Shown: positions 36,158 to 46,866 of the stretch, piece after piece | How the letters are laid out: each line of letters opens with the position of its first letter | Numbering within the stretch: the first letter of the stretch is position 1 | NCBI GenBank assembly: GCA_963846575.1 | Contig: CAWJWJ010000002.1 | Location: 2,240,001-2,304,000, forward strand | From: an uncultured Nitrospiraceae bacterium | GTDB lineage: Bacteria > Nitrospirota > Nitrospiria > Nitrospirales > Nitrospiraceae | Direction: 5' to 3' | Length of the DNA stretch: 64,000 nt | Made by a program: the position numbers and the translations under genes | Notes under the pieces: model-generated | Told to the model about the DNA's origin: nothing | Seen by the model: only the letters and a program-made list of their open reading frames with translations | Databases searched by the model: none

Positions 36158-37333
36158 TTACGACGCGGTGCCGGTCAGCGCCGCCATGGCGAAGGCTTCT
36201 AGACGTTGTTTGAAAAGCCTCTGGTCAAAGCCGGCGACGTGGGCTCGGATGGCCTGCGGATCGAACGCCGCCCGATCCTGCTCGAACCGCGCTATTGCTT
36301 GCACAAGGGATTCCGCAGACTGTTCGGGGAAAAATACTCCCGTGGGAACCGCTACTCCAGCCTCCATAGAATCCCACCCCCCTTGCCCTAGCCTTATGGC
36401 CGGGTCGGTCTCGACGTCCAACGGCACCACAGTCTCTAACGCCCCGCCGCGTCCAAAGGCGATCACGGGCTTCCCGCAGGCCATGGCTTCGAGCGGGACG
36501 ATACCAAAATCCTCCTCGCCGGGGAAGAGCAGCGCCTGGCATCGCGCGTAATGGTCCCGTACCACGCTGTCCGGCTGCCAACCAAGGAACTCCACGGTCG
36601 ACCCGGCGATCTTTCGCAATCTCGGCTCCTCCTGTCCCTTGCCGATGATCTTCAGCCGCCGCTTCATAACATTACACGCCTGAATCGCCAGATCAACCCG
36701 CTTATACGGCGCAAATGCCGTGACCATGAGGTAAAAATCCTCGGAGTGCTCCGCCGACTGAAACGACTGCCAATCCACCGGCGGGTGCAACACGGAAGCC
36801 GTCCGACTGTAATACCGGAGCACCTTGCCGGCGATGTTGTGCGAATTGGCCACAAACTGATCCACTCGCGCGGCGGATGCTACATCCCACACTTGCAGCC
36901 TGGTGCGAAACAGCTCCATACCTACTCGGGCCACTGTCCCGGAGCGTCCGCCGCGAGCATAGTTGTCGAACTGATCCCAGACATACCGCATGGGCGAATG
37001 GATGTAGCAGAGATGCCTTGCTCCGGGCGGCGGACGAATGCCTTTGGCGACGCAATGACTCGAACTCAAGACCAGATCGTAGGACTGGAGTTCAAACCGT
37101 TCGATGGCGAGGGGAAAGAGGGGGAGATAATAGCGATACCACCGTTTGCTCCATGGCAGCGACTGGATAAAACTGGTACGGATCCGATGACGCTCAATCG
37201 TAGGCGAGACCGACCCCTTGATATGAAGAAGCGTGTAAATGTCGGCGTCGGGAAACAGTTCACAAAATGCCTCCAGGCAACGTTCGCCGCCACGCATTCC
37301 GGTCAGCCAGTCGTGAACAATCGCAACCTTCAC
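36158..37333 (-). CDS. GT4 glycosyltransferase (WbaZ-like, mannosyltransferase candidate)
   Basis: VAIVHDWL..GGE, PYKRVDL, EEDFGIVPLEAMACG.PV. Confidence 0.9.
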   Translation of the reverse strand: MKVAIVHDWLTGMRGGERCLEAFCELFPDADIYTLLHIKGSVSPTIERHRIRTSFIQSLPWSKRWYRYYLPLFPLAIERFELQSYDLVLSSSHCVAKGIRPPPGARHLCYIHSPMRYVWDQFDNYARGGRSGTVARVGMELFRTRLQVWDVASAARVDQFVANSHNIAGKVLRYYSRTASVLHPPVDWQSFQSAEHSEDFYLMVTAFAPYKRVDLAIQACNVMKRRLKIIGKGQEEPRLRKIAGSTVEFLGWQPDSVVRDHYARCQALLFPGEEDFGIVPLEAMACGKPVIAFGRGGALETVVPLDVETDPAIRLGQGGWDSMEAGVAVPTGVFFPEQSAESLVQAIARFEQDRAAFDPQAIRAHVAGFDQRLFKQRLEAFAMAALTGTAS

Positions 37334-38688
37334 GGGAGAGGCCTGGAGCCTGCAGGTGCTCGTAGGAGCATCGAATTCGCTGTCGCCGGTGGGACCGGGC
37401 TCTTGAGGGTATCAAGTTCCTTCCGCGCGAGGCGGAAGTATGACACGAGCAGGAGCAGGGCGAGAAATTCCAGCCCGACCGCGGCGATGACAGGTCCCCA
37501 TACACCGAACTGCCAGACCAGCAACGGAACCGTGATCAGCCCCGTCGTGGCCGAGAAGACATTCACACGGCACACATGGCGCTCGCGCCCGACGGCGATC
37601 AAGCCCAAAAGGAATGGCCGTTTCAACGAGCTCATTCCAATGGCGACACCAGCCCACCGCAGCAGACCGAAACTGGTGAGCACCTCGGGCGACCATCCTC
37701 CGCGTCGCTCCAGATAGGTCGTCGCGACCCATGCACCGACAATTCCGACCGTCATGGCGACCCCTGTGATCCAACTGACACGAATGATCTCCCTCTGGAC
37801 GATGCCCAGGCCTCGCGCTGACGCGTTGTCCGCATACGATTTCAGGAGGAGCTTCGAGAGTGACGCCCAGACGAGCTCAACGGCCGCGGTCGTCCTCTGA
37901 ACGAGACCGTACAGCCCCACGGCGGTATCGCCAAGCATGACACCCAGCAACACCAAGGGCGCCCGCACGTCCACAACCACCGCCAGCTGGTTGCTGCCAA
38001 GCCACCGGGATTGCCGTAAGAGGCTCCCATATTCTGCCCGCAGCGTCGGCACGCTGACCAACCGGCCTGCAGTGAGCCACACATAGGCGAGCAGAATTAA
38101 CAGACCAGCACCGATTCCAATCCCGAGCCCCAGGCGAAGTGCGTCAGAAGTTGCTGTGCCGCCTGCAGCGAACAACACAAGAATCGGGGCACCGTACACT
38201 GCGCTGCCTAGCAGCACCCTGAACAATGCCACCGCTGGATGCCGCTGCAGAACGAAACCCGCCGCTTCGCAGGAATCAGCCAGTGTGTGAAGATTGGCCG
38301 TAACGAGGCCTGCCATGAAAATGAGCGGCCATGCGGTCGGCCAGAGCCCAGTGACAAGCACCAGACCACCTGTGACGATTTCGATCAGCGATAACCCCAA
38401 CTTAACCGCAAACACCCCGAGAAAGACTTCCCGGGTCAACCCCGTCGGACCGGCTCCCAGCCTCAGCCAATGCTGACTGATGCCGAAATCGATCGCCGCG
38501 CCCAGCACTGACCCGATCGCGGCCCCGAACAAGAACGATCCGAGCAGAGGAAACGAGAGATACCCCAACCCTGCAACGAGGGCGTAGCGGCTTCCTTGCA
38601 AAAAGACGTCGGACGCCACGAGCCACAGGGCAGCCCGTTTCATCCGTCCGAACTGCATGATGTTAGGCATCCGGGAGAGAATGGTCAT
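37330..38688 (-). CDS. Polysaccharide flippase (Wzx-like)
   Basis: Many hydrophobic segments, DFGI, LG...VGLY pattern; locus context. Confidence 0.7.
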   Translation of the reverse strand: MTILSRMPNIMQFGRMKRAALWLVASDVFLQGSRYALVAGLGYLSFPLLGSFLFGAAIGSVLGAAIDFGISQHWLRLGAGPTGLTREVFLGVFAVKLGLSLIEIVTGGLVLVTGLWPTAWPLIFMAGLVTANLHTLADSCEAAGFVLQRHPAVALFRVLLGSAVYGAPILVLFAAGGTATSDALRLGLGIGIGAGLLILLAYVWLTAGRLVSVPTLRAEYGSLLRQSRWLGSNQLAVVVDVRAPLVLLGVMLGDTAVGLYGLVQRTTAAVELVWASLSKLLLKSYADNASARGLGIVQREIIRVSWITGVAMTVGIVGAWVATTYLERRGGWSPEVLTSFGLLRWAGVAIGMSSLKRPFLLGLIAVGRERHVCRVNVFSATTGLITVPLLVWQFGVWGPVIAAVGLEFLALLLLVSYFRLARKELDTLKSPVPPATANSMLLRAPAGSRPLP

Positions 38689-41312
38689 AAGGGCGCCACG
38701 TCCCCGAGCACCTCACGGTAGACCCGTTCCCAGTCGGTGAGCATGCGCGCCGGCATAAATCGCTCGCGAAGCACGATGCGGCCACGCTCCACCAGGGCCT
38801 CGCGTCTGACCGGGTCCCGGGCCAGATTGATTTGGGCCTGTGCCGCCGCCACCGGATTGTCCGACGGAAACAGCAATCCCCAGCCTTCCAGAACATCCCG
38901 GTTCCCTACCACATCGCTCGCGGCGATCGCTACTCCCCGCGCCATCACTTCCAGCAGCACGAGCGGCAGCCCTTCCCATCTCGAAGTAGATACAAACAAA
39001 TCAAATGCTGGCGCGAGGAGCTGCGCGTCCGCACGTCCCCCCAGAAAACGCACCCGTTCGTCCAACCCTGCCTCAGACGCCTTCAACCGATATCGTTCGA
39101 GGTCTCCGGCCTCTCCATCCCCAATCACGACCCAGATCGCGCGGGGAACGGCAGCCGCCACGATCGGGATCGAGGCAAGCAACAGGTCCAAACCCTTCTG
39201 ATGATGGAACCGGCCGACCCATCCGATAGCAAACTGCTCGGGCAGCAGCTCGAGCTCCTGCCGTACCGTCTCCCGGTCCGGGACACGGGCACGGTCTGCC
39301 GACAGGTCAGAGGTCATGCTTGAGAGAACCACATGCGAATCTCGAACCTGCAATCTGAGCTGTTTCGCAACCGCGCGTTCCCCCTCCGACACATATACTA
39401 CTGTGTCAAAGACGAGCCGGAAGGCATACTCCACGCACCAAATAACGAAAAACGGCACGCCACGCGCATAGGCGTAGTGAGGTCCGTGCGGGGTGTATAG
39501 GACCGGGACGCGTACGAGTAATTTGACCCAGAGCGCGAAAAACGCAGCCCCTCGACCGTGCACATGGAGCGCAGCCGGCGACCGTAGGATCGCAGCCGAC
39601 AATTTGAGGACCGACCCCAGACGTGGACGACGCATAGGCATCACGATCACCTTCGCGCCCAACTCGCGCCAGAGATCCACATGGGGCTTCTCATCAGAGC
39701 AGTAGATCCGCACCTGCTTCCCCTGCTGAAGCTGATACCGCGCCAGAGCCGTGACGTACACCGGCCCCCCACTCATGCCCGCTGTGGCAGTGAGATGGCT
39801 GATATGGTGTGGCAGCAACGACCGTAAGGCGGCTCCACAGAGGCCGAGCGCCAATCCGAATAGCATAGTCCAATGCAGCAGCAGGTTATCGGTCAGGAGT
39901 TCCTCCCCGGCAGCGCTCACGACAAGCAACGGCGGCCACAGCGCGAGCAGTACCCACCCGAGCGCCGACAACGCCACGGCATTCGGACTCCTTGCTGGAA
40001 TGAAGACGCAGGTGACGGCCACCCACAGCAACCAGAGACAGAGCAGCAGCAACGGAATCAACGGAACGATCCCCCCCTTGATCGCCAGATCCAGGTAGAG
40101 GTTGTGGGCTGTTTGAAACTCCTTGTTGTACCCTTCGTAAGGCAACCCGACGACCTCCTCGACGAATCGCCGGCGGTCGTAGCCGATCCCCGTCAGCAGG
40201 GTCAGCGGATGCTCCATGACATAGCGGGCGGACTTGCCCCACAGCCATACACGGGTCTGTACATTGCGGACCGCCGCGCGCGCCCTGCCCTCCGGGGCGA
40301 TATTGGGAGTCTGGCGGCCGGCGATCGTCGCCTGTAGCTCCAATGGGCTCTCCAGCGTCTCTTGCATCCGGTCCAACGTGGGAAGCTGCGGCGCGACGGT
40401 CCGCTGCGCCGCCGCCACCGTCAGCGGAAGCACGAGGATCAGAGCCGCCGTGCCGATGCGCCGTGGCTGTGGCAGGGCTCCGTTGGGGTTCGCGACCACC
40501 AGGAGCAGCAGCATGACCAGGGTGCCGGCCAGCAACAGCAAACTCGTCCGTGAGCCCGTGATGAGGACGGCGAACAGGGCTGTCGGACAAAACAGGATCG
40601 CCTGTGTGACCGCGTAACGCGGCCGCACCACGCCGTTCCAGCCGCGAAAGACGGCCAGACTGAGACTGAAGGCCAGTACGAGCACGAGATACATACCATA
40701 GGCCCCGTGGCTCATGGTGTCCGCCCGCACCGTCAGCCCCTCGCCGGAGAGCACCTCTCCGAACAGACCCATAGCAAAGTACGTCGTCCGCTCATCCACA
40801 TAGGCGTTGTAGTAGCGGCCCGAAAGGGCTTGCAGGAATCGCAGGAGGGAGTAGCACAGGGTTGCGAGCGCCACGAGAGGCAGGACATAACTCACCAGCG
40901 CGAGGACGCGGTCCCCGGTTCTGACTACCAGCAGGGTCGCCAGCGGAAGGGGCGCCAGATACAGCCCCAGTTTGATCAACAGCAGCCACCCGGCCGACTG
41001 CACGGAACCGAGGCGAAGGCCGTTGACGAGCAGCGAGGCCGCGAGCCCTCCGAGGACCAGGAGCAGCAGTGCGATCGGAATGTTCCAGGCCTGCCACTCG
41101 GCGACGTAGCGTCCGCTTCGGATCGATCCGAAGGTCCGCCGGATCACCAAGGCGACCCAGAGCCAGGCCGCGGCCAGCAGGGGGAGGAAGGGGTGCACGA
41201 CCAGACCGTCGCCCAGGCGAACCTTGAATAACACCGGCGACAGCAGAAGCAGCGCAAGCAACGCCAACCCGGCTCGATCGATCGGCAGCATGCGCTTCGT
41301 CGCCGTATCCAT
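38685..41312 (-). CDS. O-antigen ligase/polymerase (Wzy_C/WaaL) fused to C-terminal GT4 glycosyltransferase
   Basis: Multi-TM region with TGSRT, R..LW..GIG..AHNLYL; then GGP, YTPHG, GRF..QKG, SRWEGLPLVLLE..ASDV.GN in one uninterrupted frame. Confidence 0.85.
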   Translation of the reverse strand: MDTATKRMLPIDRAGLALLALLLLSPVLFKVRLGDGLVVHPFLPLLAAAWLWVALVIRRTFGSIRSGRYVAEWQAWNIPIALLLLVLGGLAASLLVNGLRLGSVQSAGWLLLIKLGLYLAPLPLATLLVVRTGDRVLALVSYVLPLVALATLCYSLLRFLQALSGRYYNAYVDERTTYFAMGLFGEVLSGEGLTVRADTMSHGAYGMYLVLVLAFSLSLAVFRGWNGVVRPRYAVTQAILFCPTALFAVLITGSRTSLLLLAGTLVMLLLLVVANPNGALPQPRRIGTAALILVLPLTVAAAQRTVAPQLPTLDRMQETLESPLELQATIAGRQTPNIAPEGRARAAVRNVQTRVWLWGKSARYVMEHPLTLLTGIGYDRRRFVEEVVGLPYEGYNKEFQTAHNLYLDLAIKGGIVPLIPLLLLCLWLLWVAVTCVFIPARSPNAVALSALGWVLLALWPPLLVVSAAGEELLTDNLLLHWTMLFGLALGLCGAALRSLLPHHISHLTATAGMSGGPVYVTALARYQLQQGKQVRIYCSDEKPHVDLWRELGAKVIVMPMRRPRLGSVLKLSAAILRSPAALHVHGRGAAFFALWVKLLVRVPVLYTPHGPHYAYARGVPFFVIWCVEYAFRLVFDTVVYVSEGERAVAKQLRLQVRDSHVVLSSMTSDLSADRARVPDRETVRQELELLPEQFAIGWVGRFHHQKGLDLLLASIPIVAAAVPRAIWVVIGDGEAGDLERYRLKASEAGLDERVRFLGGRADAQLLAPAFDLFVSTSRWEGLPLVLLEVMARGVAIAASDVVGNRDVLEGWGLLFPSDNPVAAAQAQINLARDPVRREALVERGRIVLRERFMPARMLTDWERVYREVLGDVAPL

Positions 41313-41345
41313 AAATCACCGTGCTCCTGTCGAACGAATCGGCCG

Positions 41346-42563
41346 CTAGTCCTCGCTCAGCACGGACGCATAGACCCGCTCGAGTTCGCCGATGTGGTCC
41401 GGCAAAGAACGAGGGTTCTTCCAGTACCGGTGATAGGCCGCCGTACCCAGGCGCTGCACGAGGTGGTCGTCTTGAAGCCGCGCCATGGCCGCTTGTAAAG
41501 CCAATGCGTCACCGCTGCGAAAGTGCAGACCGGTTTCGCCGTCGATCACAAGGTCCCGAGCCGCGCAGGAGTCGGCCACGATGGCGGGTATGCCCATAGC
41601 CGCCGCCTCCAGCACCACCAGCCCCTCCGTCTCATACCATAAGGAAGGAAAGACGAGGGCCCGTGCTCCCGCCAACTCCTTCATCGCGTGGTCGTGCGGA
41701 ACCCAGCCGGTGACGGTCGCCCGCGGCGCAGCACGGCCGATGTCGGCCAGACTTTCTCCTCCTCCGACGAACCGGACGTTCCAGCCGGTCTTGCCCGCGA
41801 CGGAGGCCAGCAGGTGCGGGCCCTTTTCCCGAGACATTCTGCCGACCATCACGTAGGCGGAACTCTCCTGCGGCGAAGCGGGAAGCCCCTCGGGCACCTC
41901 GATCATGTTCGGCACCCGATGGATCGCCGTCCCGGGGGCCAGGTGCGGCTCCAGGATCCGGCGGCTGAACTCCGAGACGACGACGACGTGGCGGATCCCA
42001 TCCGGCACGAGGCCCCACTGCTTCTGAACGACCTGCCTCGCGACCCGCCATAACTTCTGGGCATAGCCGCGCCGGTCACAGCCTTCGCTGACACAGGCCG
42101 GCGAGAGCGGCTTCAGCAGGCAGATTTCATCGCGCGGATGGTTGTAAAAGCCTCCGTTGGGGCAGGCGGATACATAATCGTGCAGGGTGCAGACCACCTT
42201 CGCACCCATCGACAGCGCGGCGCGAACCACGCTCGACGAGAGGACCTTGTCCCACCCATGGACGTGGACGATGGTGCTCCGGAGATCCATCGCGCGCAGC
42301 AGCTGCCGCATGGCGTTCGCGGCGCTGACGTTCCAGATCCCCTGGACCATGGCCCTGGTCCGGCGGGGATCATCGCCGATGGCATACTGCCCTGTACAGA
42401 CCACTCGGACCGGGCTGGACCTGATGCAGGGCTCAACCGGACCGGCTCCGGCAAAGAGGGTCACGGCATGCCCCTGGTTGGCAAGGCCGACGGCGCTGGC
42501 CAGGGCCACCGCGGCATTGCCGCCGTTGACGTGGGCAAAATCGCTGACTACGACGACATTCAC
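41346..42563 (-). CDS. GT4 glycosyltransferase
   Basis: TLHDY..CP, GRMSREKG, PSLWYETEGLVVLEA. Confidence 0.9.
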   Translation of the reverse strand: MNVVVVSDFAHVNGGNAAVALASAVGLANQGHAVTLFAGAGPVEPCIRSSPVRVVCTGQYAIGDDPRRTRAMVQGIWNVSAANAMRQLLRAMDLRSTIVHVHGWDKVLSSSVVRAALSMGAKVVCTLHDYVSACPNGGFYNHPRDEICLLKPLSPACVSEGCDRRGYAQKLWRVARQVVQKQWGLVPDGIRHVVVVSEFSRRILEPHLAPGTAIHRVPNMIEVPEGLPASPQESSAYVMVGRMSREKGPHLLASVAGKTGWNVRFVGGGESLADIGRAAPRATVTGWVPHDHAMKELAGARALVFPSLWYETEGLVVLEAAAMGIPAIVADSCAARDLVIDGETGLHFRSGDALALQAAMARLQDDHLVQRLGTAAYHRYWKNPRSLPDHIGELERVYASVLSED

Positions 42564-42599
42564 AGACGCTCCATCGATCGCTCCGCTCCGGCAGGCTCC

Positions 42600-43769
42600 T
42601 TATGCCGACCGGACACCAAGCTGGGCAAGGACGGTTGAGACCCGCTCGCCCCAGTCATGCGCCGCCGCATAAGATTGCAACGCGCCGCTGTCAGACCGAT
42701 TCGACAGGGCCCGCTCGATCGCCGAGACAAAGTCCTCCGTCCCGCGACACAATTGGGCCGGGCTCTTGAGATGGGTCAGTTCCTCCCACTCGACCGCCAC
42801 CACCGGCAGCCCGCAGGCGAGGTATTCATACAACTTGAGAGGATGGATGCTCCGGACCAGATTGGCATGGTGCTCGACGTCGAACGGAATGAGTCCGACA
42901 TCGGCGTGGTACATGTACGGTGGCAGCTCGTCATAGGCCCGCCGCCCGAGCAAATGGATGTTGTCGCGCCGGGGCAACCGCTGTCTGGCCAACCCGTCCG
43001 GACCGACGAAGACAAACGACACCCCCGGCAACCGTGCCGCGACCTCGCCCATCAGAGGGTAGTCGAACCAGGTATCCATCGCGCCGACGTAGAGTGCGAT
43101 CGGCCGAGGAATCCGCACATATTCCGGAGGCACCGTCCGGCTCCCCTGGCTGAAGTGCGCATAGTTCACCCCGTTCGGCAGGTAGGCCATGGCCTTGGGC
43201 AGCAGGGACTTCACATGACCCTCCAGGCTTGTCGCGGCATAGACGACCAGATCCACCGACCGGGCAAGCTCCCGTTCCAGTTCCAACGCCACCGCCGTCG
43301 TTTTCTTGAAGCCCGACAGGGCATCCGCGATGCGGTAGACCGACTTCCCGGCGCTGACCTGCTTTACCCACCCCTGGTGGACGACACTGTCGCAATACAG
43401 CAGGTCCACCTCGCCAAACCCCCTGCGCTGCAGCGTCTCGAGAAGACGCGGGCGGCTGAAGCGTTCCCATCGCTCGGCGATCCAGCGCTGGTCAAGGACC
43501 GGTTTGTTATGGGGGGTGAACAGGGCGCCGGGAACGTAGGTCCAGAGCCGGCCGGCACAGTCGCTCACGCCGCCGCTCCGGTAGATCCGATGGCGCTCCT
43601 TCAACTCCTCCGAACGTCCACCGAGGACGTGCCAGGGACTGATCGGCTCCGAGACAAACCCCACCTCCCAGCCGGCCTTGACGAATCCTCTGGCAAGATG
43701 ATGACTGCCCACCTGAAAGGGCGAATGCCACTGGTTGACGGTGGCCATGAGCACACGCTTGCACGTCAT
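42600..43769 (-). CDS. GT-B glycosyltransferase (TuaH/GumK-like)
   Basis: PNGV.Y.HF, YVGA...WFD, DVGLIPF, PLKLYEYLACG.PVV. Confidence 0.85.
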   Translation of the reverse strand: MTCKRVLMATVNQWHSPFQVGSHHLARGFVKAGWEVGFVSEPISPWHVLGGRSEELKERHRIYRSGGVSDCAGRLWTYVPGALFTPHNKPVLDQRWIAERWERFSRPRLLETLQRRGFGEVDLLYCDSVVHQGWVKQVSAGKSVYRIADALSGFKKTTAVALELERELARSVDLVVYAATSLEGHVKSLLPKAMAYLPNGVNYAHFSQGSRTVPPEYVRIPRPIALYVGAMDTWFDYPLMGEVAARLPGVSFVFVGPDGLARQRLPRRDNIHLLGRRAYDELPPYMYHADVGLIPFDVEHHANLVRSIHPLKLYEYLACGLPVVAVEWEELTHLKSPAQLCRGTEDFVSAIERALSNRSDSGALQSYAAAHDWGERVSTVLAQLGVRSA

Positions 43770-43789
43770 CGGCAATCTCTCCTGGCCCG

Positions 43790-44638
43790 TCACTTCCTGG
43801 CGCGCACCGCGATGAACCATCCCCAACGATCAGGAAACAAGGGGTGCAGCCAACGGGGGAACCACGAACGGTCATAAGGAGTCAGGATCTGCGTGCTGTC
43901 GCAGGACGCAAAATCAGACCACAGGTCCCGGACTTCGTCGATCGTGTAGGCTTTGGTGCCGGGACTTTCCATGTGGTTTGCCACCAGTTCCGTCGCCGTC
44001 CGCCAGGGCCGCCCCTTCAGCAAGCCGTGCTTGATCCATAATTTGAAAACGACGAGAGACCGGCGGGCATAGACCATTCCGATGAACCGGCCGTTGGGCT
44101 TCAACACCCGCCGGATTTCCCGGATGATCCGTTCCGGCTGAGCCGAATGATGGATCACGCCCCAGGAGTAGACCACATCGAAGGAGGCATCCGGAAACGG
44201 AAGCGTTTCGGCATCGATCCGCTGCAGGTTCGAGGTGAGCCCGTGCAGAGCCAGATGCGCCCCGGTGGTGTCGATGGCGCGCTGAGTGAGGTCCACACCA
44301 TGACAGACCGCTCCGGCGCGAGCCCACTGCAGATGGTCGGTCCCGGCCCCCACCCCGACCTCCAGCAACACCTTCCCGCGATAGGTGGGAAACTCCGCGA
44401 TGGCATGGATACAGGGCTCCATGGCATACCGGTGCCGCTCGACGCGCGCAAACCACTCGCGGCTCAACTCCGGCAGGTCCCCCACGATGGTCTGGTAGGT
44501 GCCGCAGGCCTCACGATCCCAATAGTGCCGCACCTTTTCGTTCTGGTGTGCCCCGGAACGGGCTACGGAGTCGTCCGGCTGCGTCACCGGAGATACAGCG
44601 TTTCCCCTCTCCTCTGCCTCATTTCTCGTAATGGTCAT
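43790..44638 (-). CDS. Class I SAM-dependent methyltransferase
   Basis: LEVGVGAG, GVDLT, DAE.LPF.D.SFD.VYS.GV.HH, RVLKP.G. Confidence 0.9.
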   Translation of the reverse strand: MTITRNEAEERGNAVSPVTQPDDSVARSGAHQNEKVRHYWDREACGTYQTIVGDLPELSREWFARVERHRYAMEPCIHAIAEFPTYRGKVLLEVGVGAGTDHLQWARAGAVCHGVDLTQRAIDTTGAHLALHGLTSNLQRIDAETLPFPDASFDVVYSWGVIHHSAQPERIIREIRRVLKPNGRFIGMVYARRSLVVFKLWIKHGLLKGRPWRTATELVANHMESPGTKAYTIDEVRDLWSDFASCDSTQILTPYDRSWFPRWLHPLFPDRWGWFIAVRARK

Positions 44639-44698
44639 TCCCCTTCCCCCGCCCGCGGCGCGATGGTCCATCCCTTTTGGCCCGTGACGTCGCTAGTA

Positions 44699-46000
44699 TC
44701 ACATGGACGTGGAGGCCATCGCGAGGGTATCCCAAAATGCTCTTCGCACCCGCTCGGCATCGTGCCGCGCCAGAGCCACGCGTTGCGCTTGCCGCCCGAG
44801 CCGTTCGCGCAGCGCAGGAGCATTCATCAACAACGTCAGCGCCTCGATGACTGCCTGTTTCCCCTGCTCGGAAACTACGTGCGCCCATTCCTCGCGAGCG
44901 GCGTATCTGGCCGTTGCCACATCCGCCGGCGCATAGACCAGGATCGGAGTTGCTGACATCATGTAAGCCGGCGCCTTCGTCGGAAGCGAGAGCCGGATAT
45001 AGCGCGCACTGCGCGTATCAAAGTTGTATGGCAAGATCAAGAGGTCCGCGCCTGCCAGCAATCGCGGGACGAGGTCGGGGTCCGGGGGGCCCTCGATCGA
45101 GAGGACCTCCGGCGGTAGATTGAGCCCTCGAAGATACTCGGCATCGGCCTTCGGAGAATGGATCCGCAGTTGGATCTTCCGGCCGGCTCTCCACAACTCC
45201 GCCACCGCGTTCGCGATGTCTTCAAGGCTGTCTTTTTGTCCGTCCCTGACGATCGACCCGACATAACGCACGATAAACGGGCTGTGCGCCTGCCATGCCT
45301 TCCGTGCGTGCGGGAGCCATTGCGCAGGCTCCAATGCATTCTGAAACGCGTGAAACCTATACCCATATCGGCGCTGGTACTCCTCACACATTTCCTCACA
45401 GATCGCCAACCGCACCCGCGCCTCGTTCAACGTGCGGGTCAACTCATGCCTGACGAGCGGTCCCATGATCGGACTCAGGAGCCCCCTCGTATGCAGCACG
45501 GCAGGCCAGTCATCCATCATGTGCACCACCATCGGCAGACCGAAGCGGGCGGCCAGGGAGCGCATTAACGTCATCTGCTCCAGCGAGCCGAGAAACCCGT
45601 ACAGCAGGGTCGGGCGAAACCGCTCGACCCACTCGATCAAGGCCGGTGTCAGCCTGGCCCGTTTCGGCGCCCCCTCACCCAGGACCCGTTTCACGGCCCC
45701 GAGCCAACTCCCCGCACCCGGGGCGGGGACGGAGGCGCCGGTTGCCTGGACCTGTCGTTTCTTCTGCCCGTACCAGACGCGCACCAGGGAGAAGGGCCAC
45801 AGCCAGCGGATCTCCGCGTCCGTCAACCGATAGAAGGTGCGGCAAACCGTGTGGTCTTCAGGCAACGTATCTTCATGGAGATTCGCCAGGCGTTCGTGCG
45901 GCCAGCCGCGAAAGAGATTCGTCAGGGTAATCCCGCCGCCGGTGACGAGGTTGAAATTGTTGGAGGTGACGACGAGCACCCTGGGCAGGTCGCCGCTCAT
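44699..46000 (-). CDS. Glycosyltransferase (GT-B, GT4-like)
   Basis: TGGG.TL, HMMDDW, YVGS, ADLLILP, SLPTK..YM....PILV; ATGA coupling to upstream gene. Confidence 0.75.
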   Translation of the reverse strand: MSGDLPRVLVVTSNNFNLVTGGGITLTNLFRGWPHERLANLHEDTLPEDHTVCRTFYRLTDAEIRWLWPFSLVRVWYGQKKRQVQATGASVPAPGAGSWLGAVKRVLGEGAPKRARLTPALIEWVERFRPTLLYGFLGSLEQMTLMRSLAARFGLPMVVHMMDDWPAVLHTRGLLSPIMGPLVRHELTRTLNEARVRLAICEEMCEEYQRRYGYRFHAFQNALEPAQWLPHARKAWQAHSPFIVRYVGSIVRDGQKDSLEDIANAVAELWRAGRKIQLRIHSPKADAEYLRGLNLPPEVLSIEGPPDPDLVPRLLAGADLLILPYNFDTRSARYIRLSLPTKAPAYMMSATPILVYAPADVATARYAAREEWAHVVSEQGKQAVIEALTLLMNAPALRERLGRQAQRVALARHDAERVRRAFWDTLAMASTSM

Positions 46001-46824
46001 GTCCCACCTGTGCCGCGGCGTTCGAGCAAAAACATCCAATCGGCCGCCCATGCAAACGGCAGGGCATCCGCCAGACGGTTATTGGCCCGGCACAGAGCCG
46101 GCTCGAACGGCGCCCAGCGAAACAACAGGTCCACGTAGGGGCCGCAGAAGAGCGTGCGGGCGCGTCGCTCCACGATGCGGAACCCGCTCTGCGAGAAGAT
46201 CCGTTCCAGTCGGCCGACGCGAAAGAACTGCACGTGCGTCGAATCCATGTTCAGGAACCCGGCGGACGGGACCGCCTCCGCGGCACCGGGGAGCCCAGCC
46301 GCCGGTGGCAGACTACGGGGCTTTCTCAGCCCCGCGTGAATGACCCGTCGGAGGAAGCCGTGCAGCCCCGTCCGCTCCAGCACCTTCTGCAGACTCGAGA
46401 GCCATTCGAAGGATCCGTAGCCGTTCGGCGTCGTAATAATGAGCCCGCCGCCTGCCGGCAGCAGCCGTTGGACGGTTTGAAGAAACTGCAGTGGTTCGTG
46501 CAGATGTTCGAGCACCTCGGAGCAGACCACGAGATCGAACTGCTGTCCCGCCGTCACCAGCGCGTCGATCTCCGCCACCTGAAACGAAAGGTTTGGCAAG
46601 CGATATCTCCGCGAGGCTTCGTCGATGGAGGCGGCATGAAAGTCGACCCCCAGCAGGCGATGGCCACGGCAGGCTAGGGGATAGGTGACATGATCGCCGG
46701 TTCCACAACCATAATCGAGGATCGACAACGATCGTTTCCCCGTCCGCTTCGCAAAGGCCGTAGTCCAGGACTCGATGGTCTCGAGCCGCTTCACGATTCC
46801 GTAGGAAGTCTCCGGGAAAGTCAT
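45997..46824 (-). CDS. Class I SAM-dependent methyltransferase
   Basis: ILDYGCGTG, GVD, FDLVVCSEVLEHL, GG.LIITTPN. Confidence 0.9.
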   Translation of the reverse strand: MTFPETSYGIVKRLETIESWTTAFAKRTGKRSLSILDYGCGTGDHVTYPLACRGHRLLGVDFHAASIDEASRRYRLPNLSFQVAEIDALVTAGQQFDLVVCSEVLEHLHEPLQFLQTVQRLLPAGGGLIITTPNGYGSFEWLSSLQKVLERTGLHGFLRRVIHAGLRKPRSLPPAAGLPGAAEAVPSAGFLNMDSTHVQFFRVGRLERIFSQSGFRIVERRARTLFCGPYVDLLFRWAPFEPALCRANNRLADALPFAWAADWMFLLERRGTGGT

Positions 46825-46866
46825 GACTGACCTATCCCCACCCGCTGCCCTGCAGCCCTGACATCC

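Noticed and set aside
42657..43877. 406-aa + strand ORF (and similar ones at 36551-37717 and 59092-60303)
   Set aside because: Shadow ORFs opposite glycosyltransferase genes
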